Below, in pieces: positions 14,101-27,400 of a DNA stretch of 64,000 nucleotides; the stretch's first letter is position 1, and the number at the start of each line of letters is the position of its first letter. This DNA comes from Takakia lepidozioides (Eukaryota; Plantae; Bryophyta): the NCBI GenBank assembly GCA_030704615.1, contig CM060734.1:38130001-38194000 (forward strand). Reading direction: 5' to 3'. Position numbers and translations under genes: made by a program. A model generated the notes under the pieces. It made no database searches and had not been told where the DNA came from. It worked only from the letters and a program-made list of their open reading frames with translations.

Positions 14101-14254
14101 TCGCAGCCGTGATCATTCTTTGAAGGTAGGTATCAGCTCAAAGCTGAAGCAGCTTGGTCTTGAGAAGGAACCCAGCATTCTGGTCAGTCTTGTGCCTAGA
14201 AGCAAGGATACTGCCATTACCATTCAAACCATCCAGATAGAACTTGCCCAATAA
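11103..14254 (+). CDS. PPO: Polyphenol oxidase / catechol oxidase family, 4 exons: 11103-11494, 12433-12905, 13247-13458, 13577-14254
   Basis: CuA motifs HCAYC, H..W...PFHRWYVYFHERIL. CuB motifs PHGSIHFW...DMG...ARDPLFFVHHTNVDRLW. DWL domain (DPDWLNSEFFFYDEN) and C-terminal EYAGAF domain. Splice phases (2,1,0) join in frame. The start codon could be 11103 or a downstream ATG. Confidence 0.92.
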
Positions 14255-16435
14255 CATCACAAAGACTCCCGAATCAGTAAAAATACCAACCAGCAGTCTA
14301 TAGCTCTAGTTGGATGGAGTGTAGCAGTAAAAAAGATTCATGTTGGGTATCACTTTCCAAGCAAGAGGATTATGGGTGGATGGCTAGAGTAGTTGTAGTC
14401 TGTTTATCCTCAAATCTAAAAAGGAGGGACAGGGAACTCATACCTAGCTGTCATGTCTTACGTTATGAGCTGATTTCTGATAACAGTAGATAGTCATCGA
14501 AAATTGTGTGAGAGGATTGTGGAGTGTCGGAAATATAGAAGGCAAAGAGGGTAGAAAATCATAGTTAAGCCTACTACTCTGTGCCTACGTTGAGAACGAA
14601 GCAAGTGCAATTTGCAAAGGAAACTTTAAGATCATGGCCCGAGACATAAAAGCTGACGGAATCGAGACATCACACACAGCAAGTGGGCCTTTGAATGACG
14701 ATTCTTCCAGCAGCACTTCAGAACAAACTAGGATGAAAGGCAACAGTTAGGGCATCTCCACGGTGCTACGATACTTGCCCTAAAACGGTAATTTACCGGC
14801 GCGGGGTCTAAAAAAGTGGCGCAGCTCGCTCCATGGCAACTGATAAAAGAGGGCTCTGAAGTCGAATGCTGCCTCAGCAGCCTTGCCTGCGTGGACCCAC
14901 CTCCGCCTCTTCCCCCCCCCCCCGGCAGTGTTGTCGCCCACTCGCCGGCCCCGTGCCGGGAATATTGCTCCCGAAAATGCTGTCGGACAGTAAACTGGGT
15001 ATTACTCTATTTCACGCATCCATCATCCATGCCCCATGAATGCAAAGATAAAGATAAAGTTTCTTTAACGTCCAGTGAATTTACAGAGCCTACTGCTCAA
15101 CACCCGGGCCAAAGGCCCATTGGACGGTCTGAAGGCACATGTTGAAGGATTGAACCCAGGATCCCTAGGTTATGCACAGGCAAGGCACAAATACCCAACC
15201 ACTGGGCTACCTGCTCAAGTGCAAGAAATGCATCCATTGCATCATGACTTTGCCATCACAGAGTAGTGTATGTGTGCACATGCCTCTTCAAAGTCACATA
15301 TTGGAAATAGTGAACATTCAAATTTGAAATTTGAAACGCCATTGAATCTATCTCTAGAACAAATGGACATCATTTTTGTGGATGATTGTTTTCATCCATA
15401 TGATTGACCACTTGTCCCCAACGTCTTCATCCCGTCTTCATCCCCTCATTTTTTGTCTCCGAACTTGTGTGTGACGAATTTACACACACTGTCATGTTTT
15501 TTTGTGTGCTTCAACTTGTTTCCCAAGAAATATGTCTATGACATAACTGAAGAGTTTGTCCCTCCTGTTGTGCCCCATCTGAGAGTGTAAAGAATGCCCG
15601 TCAAGTGTTTGACAATATGGAGTGTACGCACAGATATGCGATGCGCATTATCAGCAGCCAGATTTCTCCCTCTCTCGCCAACGATGAAGTTGCCATGGAG
15701 ACTTAGGGAAGCCTGGCTATGGTGGCAATAGGCCTTTGGTCATGTTGCTTGTTAATCTCTCGCAAGTTGATGTTGGGGTGGTTTGTTTCCGGACGCAATT
15801 ACGGCGTGAGCCTAGCCGCGTGAGAGCCCAGGAGCTTGGCTCACACTTTGCCCTCTAAGCGTGAGCCCAGGGTTTAGAAGAGGGAGAAGCAAGTCCTATA
15901 ACCGAGGACAAGGTTTAGAGATGGTCCTATTACCGTGCAAACGTATATTTTGGAAGAAGAGGTGAACACGACAAAACTTCCAAACATGACAAACAAGGCA
16001 ATATTGAGTCCCATTTAGAAGCACAACGATCCCAATTCCCCCAGCCCTACTTCGTCAACTCCAAGCACCCCCACCCCAAGCACTTCACACAGCTGGTCCC
16101 ACCCTCCACCAGACCACCTTGAAGACGAGCCCCAACCGCGATCCCACCTGGCCCCACTCTCACCAAGCCCCAACCGTCTTTGGTCACTGTTCCTATAAAT
16201 TATACTCTTGCAGCAGCCACACCCACTAGTTAGTTGTTTTTCTATCCACTGACAATAGTAGAACTATCTAGAAAGTAGAACTCTCTAAAAAGTCATCTAG
16301 TGAACTAGGGAAGATGGCTATACCAACTCTGGCCCGCGACTTTTAAAATGAACCCGGGTCAGGGTCTGGGTTTAGGATGATGACACGGGTCCGGATCCGG
16401 ATAGGTAACCCGGACCCTAACCCACCGGGTACCCA

Positions 16436-17000
16436 TGTCAAGGACGAGAACATGACTGAACACAAACAAGAGGTCAAACTAAAGGTACAATACTAGACAA
16501 GAAGTCAAGGTCGGCGTGGCCGACTGCATGATGGGTAAACATGAATATTCAAGATGATCTTTATAACAATGGACAAGAGTACAAGATACTGAAACTCGAC
16601 TTGAATACTGGAATGCTGGAAACTGGACTGGAATACCAGATACTGGAAACTGGACTAGAGTACTGGGACTGGAAACAAGCTTGAACTTGTGTTGGCGAGA
16701 CTGAAGAGTGTCCAGTCTTGCCTCCTATATATACTAGCTACTAGGAAGTTCTATAAGAAGCTTCCCCAATGGAGGTTTTTTTATGGAGAAGTTTCCTCCA
16801 AATGAAACTTCTTGAGCAGTTTCCCAAGTTACTCTCGGTAATTTGGTAAATTCCCGGCAACTTGGTAATTAATGATAATTTATGGTAAATTATGGTAAAT
16901 TATGATAATTTTTGGTAATTTTTGGTATCTTGGTAACTTGGTAATTTTGTAACTTTTAGTATTTATTCCTAGTAAATTCCTCTAGGCTATGTCTGTGACA
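16436..17000 (-). mobile_element. LTR (3' LTR of chromovirus remnant)
   Basis: TGTCA...TGACA termini, immediately preceded on the - strand by a polypurine tract (plus strand tcaccccctcctcta, 17001-17015). Confidence 0.75.
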
Positions 17001-18100
17001 TCACCCCCTCCTCTAGCGCCGAGTTCTTCGAAGAGAGGTAAAATCTTGGACTTGTTTAGAGTTGGAGAAAATCCAAAATCCGACGAATGGTATTTCCCAA
17101 GTATTCGGCTCTTCGTTCTTGACTCAAATGATTTATAGGTCCCTGCAACCATCGATAGTGTCCATCACCTTGAACTTGGGACTACGTAGTGATTTGAGCA
17201 TTCTGATTTTCGAAACTGCCTTCAAACATGATTTCGTTGTCATCTGGATTCGAAGCCTCAACCTCCACCAGGATTATCAGACTTCGAGTAGGCTTCACTT
17301 GCCATCATACTGGGTCCAGACAAGGAAGTACGCGTCGTATTGGTGGCCCATCGTCTTGATAGCGTCGGCGTGATGTTGAAGGTCGTGAAAGTCGGAACGG
17401 CTGATCTGATAGTTGGGTAAGCGACAGCTCCAATGTATCTGGTGGACTATGACTCCATGCTGCCAATACAAGATGCAAGAGTGTTGGAAGTGTAGCTATG
17501 TATACTAATGGGTGGTGCTCCTCCTTCCTTAACATGTATCAGGTACACTGAATGTGGAGTCTTCAACTTGAAGCTAACTTGGCTGACATCATCGTAGTGA
17601 CGTTTTATTGACGTAGGGCTCGAGGCATAGCTGGATATCGTAAATGAAACTCTTAGACTTTGTCAGATGCATTGGCGAGGTTGGATGAAAGTTCCCACGT
17701 TCGTTCGCTAATGTCACAACCTTTCCAATGTACGAAATACTCATACTCGATGCCAGAGTCTAGGACTTCGTCGACTTCATACTCAATTTTCTGATTGACT
17801 TCGATTGGTAGAGGTGGTATGGAAACTCTCCCTGGAATATTCGATGGATGATACAACTCCAATAATGAAACATGAAAAATTGGATGGATGCGCATACTTC
17901 GTGGGAGTTCAAGCCGAAAACTAACCTAATTTATTGGTCGAATAATTTTGAATGGTCCTAGGCGTTGATAATCCAACTTCCTTGATGGTCGCAAGGTTTG
18001 TATGTTTCGTCGAAAAAGCCATACACATCTCCGACCTTGAACGTGTTCTTTGGGCTGCATATTCCTTATATTGTTTTTGAGCTTCAGCGAGGTGGAATTG
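17001..18100 (-). mobile_element. Ty3/Gypsy chromovirus pol 3' remnant (integrase C-terminus + chromodomain), degenerate
   Basis: GPF..I and IHPIFHVSLLE...EYEVDEVLDS...YFVHWKG..ISERTWE (ORF 17653-17895). Confidence 0.85.
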
Positions 18101-18252
18101 TTAGAAGGCTGTATGGGACTTCGACAATTTTACGGGTTCTTTGGGGTACCCTTAATTTTGCGTAGACCTACGGTGGTAGACTTAGACCAATATAGACCTT
18201 AGGGGTGACAGACACAGGCTTTTGGGGTTGTAGACAGGATCACATAGTCAAC

Positions 18253-18430
18253 TGTCACAGCCTTACACCTATCACAGCCTGACACAGCCTTACGCAACCT
18301 TACACAGCCTGTCACAGCCTGATACAGTCAGTCACAGCCCGACACAGTCAGTCACAGACTGACACGGCCAGTCACAGCTCGGCACAGTCACAGCCCGACA
18401 CAGCTTACCACAGTCCGTCACGGCGTTCAC
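18253..18430 (+). repeat. ~10-bp tandem repeat tract (gtcacagcct/gacacagcct), possibly inside an LTR-like unit starting TGTCACAG
   Basis: Many consecutive (G/T)(A/T)CACAGCC/T units. Confidence 0.6.
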
Positions 18431-19823
18431 AGGGAACGGTTATCATTGGCAGGGAACGACTGTATAGGAGCGACATCTGCAGAGGGAACGTGCATTCTGT
18501 CTTGGATGATAGTTAGTTAGTTAGGCAGTTAGAACAGCTTGTAGGTAGAATAGGCAGAGTAGCAACATGGAGGGGGGGACACTTCTTATATCACTTCTTG
18601 GACATGGGTTCGAGCATCACGGCGGAAAGACGATCTTGGAGCACAGGGATGGAGATTACACAAAAGAGAAGAAACAACGAGATGATGTTTGATACATGCA
18701 AGCTATAAAGATGCACTGTAGAGCAGATTAGAGACACCATGGCTTCGGCCTGATACATGATAGATATTAATATGATTCTTATTTCATACTCACACCGTGT
18801 AGAGAGATATGAGTGAAGTTGTGGAATGAATGCTTGAGTAAATGGAACATGGTAGATTGCAGAAGCAATCTGATACTTAATCATAGACAGTAAGATAATT
18901 TACTAACATGAATGCGAGAAAGAATACAAATAGGAAGCACCCCCATCATACACTAGTTGTAGGTTATGACTGATTGTTCTGAGCGGGATGAGTACTTAGA
19001 GATATCCAACTCTTCTATCTTGGAGTTTCCACCTCGAATAGCAAAGGGATGAGTGAGTAAAAGTTGCTCGTACTTAGATAGGCAGGTTGGGGACTTATCG
19101 TTTAGTGATTTTGTTCACACATTCGAGGTTGGGGTTTCAAATCCCAATAGCCACACTGCTTCCCTGTAGTTGGTTTTGATTCTCTTATTTTTTTTTGGCA
19201 ATATTAATATTGTTTGTTGGGCTGATCTTTTCCTTAGAATTATCTAATTGATTATATATTCTTGACTCACCTAAATTAATGGGTACTAGTAAAAACTAAA
19301 TAAATCAATATCTCTATCTTTTAAACATATACATAAAATTACTCAAAAGAAAAGAAATAATAAAGTTGGTTAATTGAAATTATTTTTTGTTGTTTATTGA
19401 ATAACTAATATTTACACTAGAATATCTCTCCTCTATAATAACCATAACTCTTTATACCGAGGGTAATTATACATTCGCATTACTTATTTCTGGACTATTG
19501 TTTTCATAAATACGTCAATGAGTTAGTACTAACTGTTGGTTACAAATTACAAACGCAAACACTTATAACATAGAAATTTATAAATCCACACTAGCAGCAC
19601 CCTTGGGGCTAGGCGGCGCCTTCGGGACCTAACCTAGCTCTGTTTAACACAAACCCTAAATTAAGAATGCAATCGTTAATGGGGAACATTAATGATTGAC
19701 ACCCCCGCGAAGAACTGAGTGCGTCAACGCACTCAATTTCTTGATGATCATCGACGACGTCTACCCAAATGCCGGAAAATTATATATATATATATATATT
19801 GAATTCTCATGTGCCTGACGCCC

Positions 19824-20160
19824 GCTTAATTCCAGCCCTGTTTCCTCCACGAACATGGCAGTTCGCTAAGGGTTAGGGTTAAGATTTGGGGTTACAATTT
19901 GCAGTGTTTCCTCGGTTTGTCGGTTTGCCGTGTTTCCGCGGTAATGATGTCAGCTTAATTCCCAACCTGTTTCCCTGCCAACCATGGCAGTTTGCTAAGG
20001 GTTAGGGTTAGGGTTGGGGTTAGGGCGGTTTGCTATGTTTGCCGTGTTTCCGCGGTAATGACGCCAGCTTAACTCCCAGCCTGTTTCCCTGCACGAACAT
20101 GGCAGTTCGCTAAGGGTCAGGGTTAGGGTTTGTCGTGTTTGTCATGTTTCCGCGGTAATG
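19824..20160 (+). repeat. Three ~95-130-bp tandem units, each containing TTAGGG telomere-like motifs
   Basis: Unit gcttaat/ctccc...catggcagtt(c/t)gctaagggttagggtt...gtgtttccgcggtaatg at ~19824, ~19953 and ~20067. Confidence 0.8.
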
Positions 20161-23100
20161 GGTGCTCATCCGTGGAAATATACCCTGCATCTTCCCCCAC
20201 GTGGACTGGGCTCACATCAAGCTCTTGGACTCACAGGCTCCTGGGCTCGCGTAGCTAGGCTCACACTTTAGCGTTCCCCTTCGTCTCCTACAAGTAAATG
20301 ACCCAAGTTCTTGCAGTATGCATTTGGTGCTTGATGTTGCAGAGAAAAGGGATTCCACATGGAGGAGACAATCATGTGGCAATTGATCTAATATTGCAAC
20401 ATATCCGCACTAAGCTTGGCCAACATGATCTTCGCAAAATTTATCCGAATGTTTATGTAATTCAATCTACATTTTAGGTTTGGTTATATTGGCCTATATT
20501 GTGAGCTAGGGTTGATAGTGTCTTACTTAGTTTTCCATGTCTGGTGTAGCTTGACATTGTGAGTGCATGTATTCTGTCAAATAGTTTTCTTGTTTGTCTC
20601 TTTGCCCTATCTGGCAGATTCGAGGCATGCATACTCTCATTTGTGATCAGGAGACAACGAAGCATGACTTTGTACTCTATGTGGACCGCCTCATACTACG
20701 CTTGGTATATATGTTACTTTTTGTTGATCTCATGCAGTTGCTTTCTTTTCTATGGAGAACTCAACCTCGATGGAGACACATGAAGAAGCCAAAAAATACA
20801 GGGTTGCCTTAGAGAGTAGTATATGTGATGTGCTATATTAGAAGTACCAAGGAATTGAGGAAGTGGAGATGATGCATGGAGGTGGTTGAACATGGGCTAG
20901 GCCATTTGCCTTCATTGAGAAGCAGGTTATCACTCCCACATGTATTGGTTGATGCCATAATTTGGGAGGGACTGCTCGTTTTGCAGAATCAAATGGTTTC
21001 AAATATTCAATGAGATATACCACAAACATCTTTAATCTCCATGAACTTGTTGTTTTATTTAGAGTTTAATTCTAGTGAAGATGCTTTGAGTAAGAACGGG
21101 GGATCATAGTATGTCTGTTTTAGAAGTGTGACTTGCATGACTGGGCTAATTACTGGATTTTGCTTATATGACCGGGAGATACAAAGCTTCACTGCTAAAA
21201 TATGTTCTCGTCTTCTTTTGGTGGTTGTGTGCAAGCGTGTTATCTATATTGGGGTGGATTTCTGCAAGCAGCTTTGAAGGGTTTCAATCATATGCAGGTA
21301 AAATGTCCATAAATGGGGCATGTCACCACATGTAGATGTTTTACTGCTGGATTTGGATTCGAGGCATGTTTCCTGCATTTCAACTACTTATTATGAACTT
21401 TGGCATTATTAGCGGCTAGTGTGGTCACTTACATTCAACTTTCTATCATTCGTGCCCTCTTAAAGTACTATAAATATTTTCTCAAGAAGGTGGGAACAGC
21501 TACTGAATAGAGGGCATATTTATGTGCGCATGAGCAAGAGATGCCTTGTTTTCACACGACTCTGAACCACTGTGCACCATGGATGTGACCAAAAGCACAA
21601 TATGATTTTTATTCTGATAAAATTATGATATGAGTGAACATTCAGATTTTGGACATTTGTGCAGACATGGATGTCTACTTGTTGAAAACCCTAGCCCTGG
21701 CACTAATGGACCTGACTCACAAGGAAGAAGAGCTCTGGGTTATTAATATGCTTAGGAGCAGGTTAAATTGTTACAACCTCTTGGGACAACCTCTTTGATC
21801 ACTGAAATGTTTGTCATGCTTTGTGAAATTCCAGATAGTTTTCTATTTGCACTTGAGTAGACCTGTAGCCCAGTGGTTGGGTTTGCCTTATATGCATGAG
21901 TACCTGGTTCTAGTATTTGGCGCTTCTGGTTTAAAATAGGGGCTAAAGATGGGTAGATGTGGGTGGGCTTCATAGCAGTTGTTTTGTGATAGGTATAGAG
22001 GTTTTGAGTTAGAGTTAGAGTGGTTGAATTGTCAAGTGTAGTGACGAATCGTAGGCGAGCCATCATTGGATCAGTTCTGCTTACAATCCATGTTGGTGTA
22101 TGGTTTCTGTTTTAGGGGTTGGTGTCAGATACTTTGTTGTTTGTTGTAGCCAGAGCAGCAATTGAATGTGGATGGTTTGGATGGAATGTATGATGTGAAT
22201 ATGTGTGCTTGGATATGCGTTCATACACATTTGTTCGCAATGTCCCTCCATGTCACATCTAGGAAGCATGTATCACCGCACCATGCTTTTGAAACCTCAT
22301 CTGTAATGCATGTGATATTGGCGGGAACATTGAACACAGGAGGCAATGAACACACACACTAGACCCTTAACAGACTGCATACACTGAATACAATGACAAG
22401 CAAATGCAGGAAGGCAGTGTGACAGACTGCACACACTGCATACAATGAGCTGAAAAACTTTATCCCCTCTTCAAAGTGTGTGTATGTGGCCCAGACGAGT
22501 AACATAATGTGGTCATGCACATTGTATCCCTGTTTGGGGGTGCATTAAAGTCTTCCTCCAAATTTGCACATATTCCAGGGCATGGTGGTTGTGTGTACAC
22601 TTTAGTGCAGCCCTTCACATGGATGCCATTGTGGACAATGGGTGCTGAACTTCCTACAAGAACAAAATCTTTGTAAGCCTACAATGAGAGCAATGGTGGT
22701 CATAGAATTAGTTTTGTTTCATACTGCCATACTTGTTCAAAATTTGGTTGAAATACTGAAATACTTCATGACATATGGCTGAAATGTTGTAATACTTGTT
22801 GATAGTCTTCATTGAAATATTGAAGTACTGAAATATTGTGGGCATTTCAATCTACTGAAATGCCTCCTTGATTTAAAGTCCCTAGAGCCTTTTCAATTGC
22901 ACATACCATGTGATCCAAACAGATAAGTGCAATCAGAAAACATATGCAACAACGTATTGTATTCATAAAGGGACCAAATGCCGAAGGTAACACAAGCTAT
23001 TCATAGATCAAATTGATAAATCTAACAACTTAGTTAACTTTATCCATCAAGGAGAATGAGGGTCCCATTGTCTTTCTGTAACTACATGTGCACACACCCA

Positions 23101-23557
23101 CATTTCTTTCAAAGAGATAAAGAAATATGGAAATCACGAAATGCACAAAGAATCCTATGTTTCCAGCTTAATACATACTCTTTATGAACCCCATTTTGAT
23201 TGATTCACGACATTAACCCCTAAAGGCCGGCGCGACCCGAATCGGGTCGCAGCCGTTTTCATCCACGGATAGCTTCCATGGATGTACTTGGATGACAAAA
23301 ATCGCCGAAAGAAAAGTAAGCGCGGCGCAAGGTTGCACACGTCAGTGACGTCACGTCATAACAGACCTGACACTGATGCGACCAACGTCACGTCAGTTTT
23401 GCCGAAAAATCAGTAAAACGTGAATTAGGTGAAAAATATGCCACGTAGGTGGATACATTGTATTCCAAGCGACACCTTGGCAAGTGAATAAATTGTTTTA
23501 TAAATTATTCCATCCTTCAGTACTTGAGGTCATTTTTAAATAATTATTGTTAAATTG

Positions 23558-24050
23558 GTGCGACCTCCAAATGTTGGTGGTCGCAAAATTTATCTTATTT
23601 TTTAATAGTTACGACCACCAGCAGAGGGGTGGTCGCATCATTTTTGTTTTTTTAAAATAGATGCGACCACCAGCAGGGGTGGTCGCATTTTTTCCTTTTC
23701 TTAAACAGTTGCGACCACCGCTACTGGTGGTCGCATAATTTTTATTTTATTTGTAATAGGTGCAACCACCATCAGGGGGGTGGTCGCAATATTTTTTTGT
23801 TTTTTTAATATCTGCGACCACCAGCATGGGGGTGGTCGCAACATTTTTCTTTTTTTTAATATGTGCGACCACCAACATGGGGTGGTCGCAACATTTTTCT
23901 GATTTTAATATCTGCGACCACCAACATAGGGGTGGTCGCAACAGTTTATTTTTATTTTTAATAGGTGTGACCACCAGCATGGGATGGTCGCAACATTTGT
24001 TAATTAATTTAAATAACATGCGATTTCCTCGTGCAACCTAGGGCGGTCGC
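23558..24050 (+). repeat. Left-arm array of ~9 palindromes GCGACCACC-N5-9-GGTGGTCGC with T-rich spacers, ~51-bp period
   Basis: Units at ~23560, 23611, 23663, 23711, 23762, 23814, 23865, 23914, 23967. Confidence 0.9.
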
Positions 24051-24419
24051 AGCATTGGATTCTGATTCGTCGAGCGTGTGAGGCTTGGAGGCTGGAGGGT
24101 ATATAAGGTGGTCACAGTGCCCATCACTTCTTTTGTGACAAACAGTTTTGTAGCGAGTGAATGTTCTCTATTCCTTGAGCAAGAGTGTAGCCCAAGATGA
24201 GGGTGCGGACCATTTGTTGTTGTGGCTTCCATCAGAGCCACTGCAGCAAATTATCGTAAAACACAATACTACATGGTGCATTGATCCACTTGGATTGATG
24301 CCGTAGTGTTGGGCCATTACATTCTGTTCTGCCTTCTATTGCTCTTGACAAATCTATCAAGTACACTAGTGTTCTTCGTTCAACCTTGAGTCTGTGGTTA
24401 GGGTTTTGGGTGTGAGGAT

Positions 24420-25800
24420 GAGGGAGGAGTGGATCCCTTGGTTCACGGTAGACCCGCACAAAAATGACGGTGTTCAATGCAATCTCTGTGCATTGAAGCT
24501 GGTGGGTTGCAAAGATCGCATTTATATCACCTCGGCTACAGAGATGGGAAGAATGTAGGGATTAGTTTGTGCCCAAAAACCTCCATGCGAGTGAAAGCCC
24601 ACTTTGCCCAATGTGGAGACAATATCCCACCGTCTCTTGATGTGGCCACGGCTTCTGAGCCAAACACTCCATGTTCCAATCAAAATGCCTCTCAGAGTTA
24701 TACCCAGGGGGATTCTTGCGAGGCGTCTGCTGTTCGTGGAGAAGCCGGTGGGTCATGAGCAACACCCAATTGTACGCCAGCACTTATACGGACCAGACCA
24801 TTGAGGCAACAATCAATGCAAAAATGCTAAATTTGTCACACATGAGGACTCTGGATAAGAAGTGGGCCCAATTTTTCTACGAGGCCAATATTCCGTTCAA
24901 TGTCTCGAGGCTTCCTGCGTTTATGGCTGCTGTCAAAGTCACGTCCGATTCCAAGTCCACGTACACACCTCCGAGTTATCGCGATCCCCGCACATGATTG
25001 CTAGAAAAGACTATGTCTGACCTCACCCAAAAGGTGAATGAAAAGACAAGTGATTCTCTCCGGAAATATGGAAGCACTACATGTCCAGACGGTTGGAGTT
25101 ATGTTACTAATCGACCATTGTTCAATGTTATGCTGGTCTGTCCTGCGGGGAAACATTTTTTGGGATCCGTTGAGACAAGCGGGGAGAGAAAATATGCACG
25201 TTATCAAGCAGGGTTATTGACGAGTTCATCGATACCATTGGAGCTGATAAAATTGTCTAATTGTGCACGGACAATGCATCTAACATGGTTAATATGGCCG
25301 ATATTTTGATGGTACGATATCCCCATCCATATTACTAAGGGTGTGTTGTTCATATCTTTGATCTCATTTTGGAGGATTGGGAAAAAGAATCATGGATGAA
25401 ACAGCTAGTAAAAATGACAAAGTTTCGAGACAGTTCCGCTCCAGTCCCATACGCTTTGCAATGGGAGCTAATGTTCTTGCTCCAGCTCCAATCAGATCCC
25501 ACCATTCATGTGGCAATATGCTCATTGTTTTTGGATCCGGCATGTCATGGAAAGAATTCTTACGATCCGAGAAGCACTGGTACTTGGACAAAGCAGTTAC
25601 TGTCTCGAGTGGGCGAGCGGAACTGGAGCAGTTACTCGTTTGTTCACAACAAGATTCACAACAGGTTTGACAAATTGGTTTATGTCTACACGAATTGTAG
25701 GATACTGCGAGAGAGGACAGCAAGTGACGTATCTGCATGGTACGAGAAGACTCTGTTGTCTGAAGAATCTGCCTCAGAGGTCTCATCTAGCAGCAATGAT
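24420..25800 (+). pseudogene. hAT-family (DUF659-type) transposase, frameshifted and internally deleted
   Basis: KKWAQFFYEANIPFNV..PAF, YTPPSY, DGWS..TNRPLFNVML, F..SVETSG, C..H..L.LED, and dimerisation-type ERNWSSYSFVHNKIHNR..KLVYVYTN. Part of the C-terminal region (PHEWWDLIG...LAPIAKR) lies inverted on the - strand (ORF 25364-25786). Confidence 0.85.
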
Positions 25801-26987
25801 GACACCGATGCCGCGAGGGACTTCGACTCCGACGGTTGGGATGGGTTCGATAATGTCGGCAATCCTCCACCTGACCCATATGATCAATTGCGGACCCCAT
25901 TCCATCACTGGAGCACACTCTCAATAATGAAGTTGAGGTCAACTCTCCCCCACCACGAGTTCCACGGACTGTGGGAGATGTGCAGGTCGAATCGTCGGAT
26001 GACAATCGGCCATTGTCATTCCTTCACCGACGTCCTGCCCCTGTGAACCGTGCTTCATCTCACGCCGCTCCATCTCATGTTTCTTTCTCAAGCCGGTCCA
26101 TCCCATGCTGATCCATCTAGTCTCTCTCCTCCTCATGTAATTCCTTTCATCGTTACTCCGATCCTGGGAGATGTTTCTTATGCTGCGGGACTTCTACAAG
26201 TCAATCCATCGGATGACGACGATCGGCCATTGTCGTTTCATCTGGCCCGACAACGTCCGTATGTGAACCGTGCTCCCTCGACCCTCACTGGTCCATCTCA
26301 TGCCCCTTCCTCTCATGTCGGCCCCTTTGATGTACGTGCGAGTAGTCTTCCTCATACGAGACCTACTCCAAGGCCACCATGAAATCCGGGACAAGCCCAG
26401 AAACGGCAGCGAATTGTGCAACCTTTTGTTGGTGACCGACCTGTGAACAGGCCTGATACCCTATATGGTATTCATGATAGGAGTGGAAATTGACTAGAGA
26501 GACAACTGAACGTACTCCGAGGATGACTACAGGTCCAACGGCTAGTCGCCTCTAGAAACGAAAGAACAGATGGAGATGATGATTCCAACACTGATCATGG
26601 GAACGGGGTGAAGTGAGTGGGGACGAAGATTTTGTACTGGGCGTGAGAACATACCATCATCGTCGTGCCAAACGGAATTAGGTACAACTATAACTTCTGT
26701 CACATGATGTGTAGTATGTTTCCATGGATATCCATGTTTCAGTTTGGGTACATGCATACGTGTATAGAAATAAAAATGGTGGAATATGTATACCCAAGAA
26801 AGGGTTTGGTGATTGTGTGTGTGTTTGTGTTTCGTCGTTACCTTTACATTGTTGATTTCTTATTATGGTTTCGAAAGCCACAAAGACCAGATGCAGCTCC
26901 CAACATTCATCTTCCCATTCACAAATCCATGGGAAGTCGATACATGTGCTTTTGATCTGCCTCTCCAAACATACATACAGGTGCAGG

Positions 26988-27400
26988 GGGACCAACCTCC
27001 TGGTGGTCGCACCTATTTAAAAAAAAACAATTGTGCGACCACCAGTAGCGGTCGTCGCAACTGTTAAAAGAAAAGAAAAATGTTGCGACCACACCCCTGC
27101 TGGTGGTCGCACCTATTTAACAAAAAGAAAAATGGTCGGACCACCCCTCTGCGCAGCTATTTAAAAAGGGAAAATTCTGCAACTACCCCCTTGCTGGTGG
27201 TCGCCCTTAAAAAAAATGGTGCGACCACCCCCCTGCTCGTGGTCGCAGTTATTAAAAAGAAGAAAAATTATGTGAGCACCCCCCTGCTGGTGGTCGCGCC
27301 TATTAAAAAAACGAAAAATTCTACGACCACCCCCTTGCTGGTGATCGCACATAATTAATAAATAAATAAATGATGTGACCACCCCCTGCTGGCGGTCGCA
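26988..27400 (-). repeat. Internal inverted copy of the palindrome array (~9 units, A-rich spacers)
   Basis: 27031-27150 is the reverse complement of 23620-23740, including the variant unit GCGACCACCGCTACTGGTGGTCGC. Confidence 0.88.

Noticed and set aside
14750-15928. PIF/Harbinger MITE (GGGCATCTCCA ... AGAGATGGTCC)
   Set aside because: The right-hand TIR match is too weak and the TSD is not convincing.
23558-24050. CRISPR array (also 26988-27400, 51670-52168, 42062-42673)
   Set aside because: The context is eukaryotic and intron-containing, and there are no cas genes. The repeats are degenerate, and the spacers are A/T tracts similar to one another or irregular in length. These fit transposon subterminal or binding-site arrays better.
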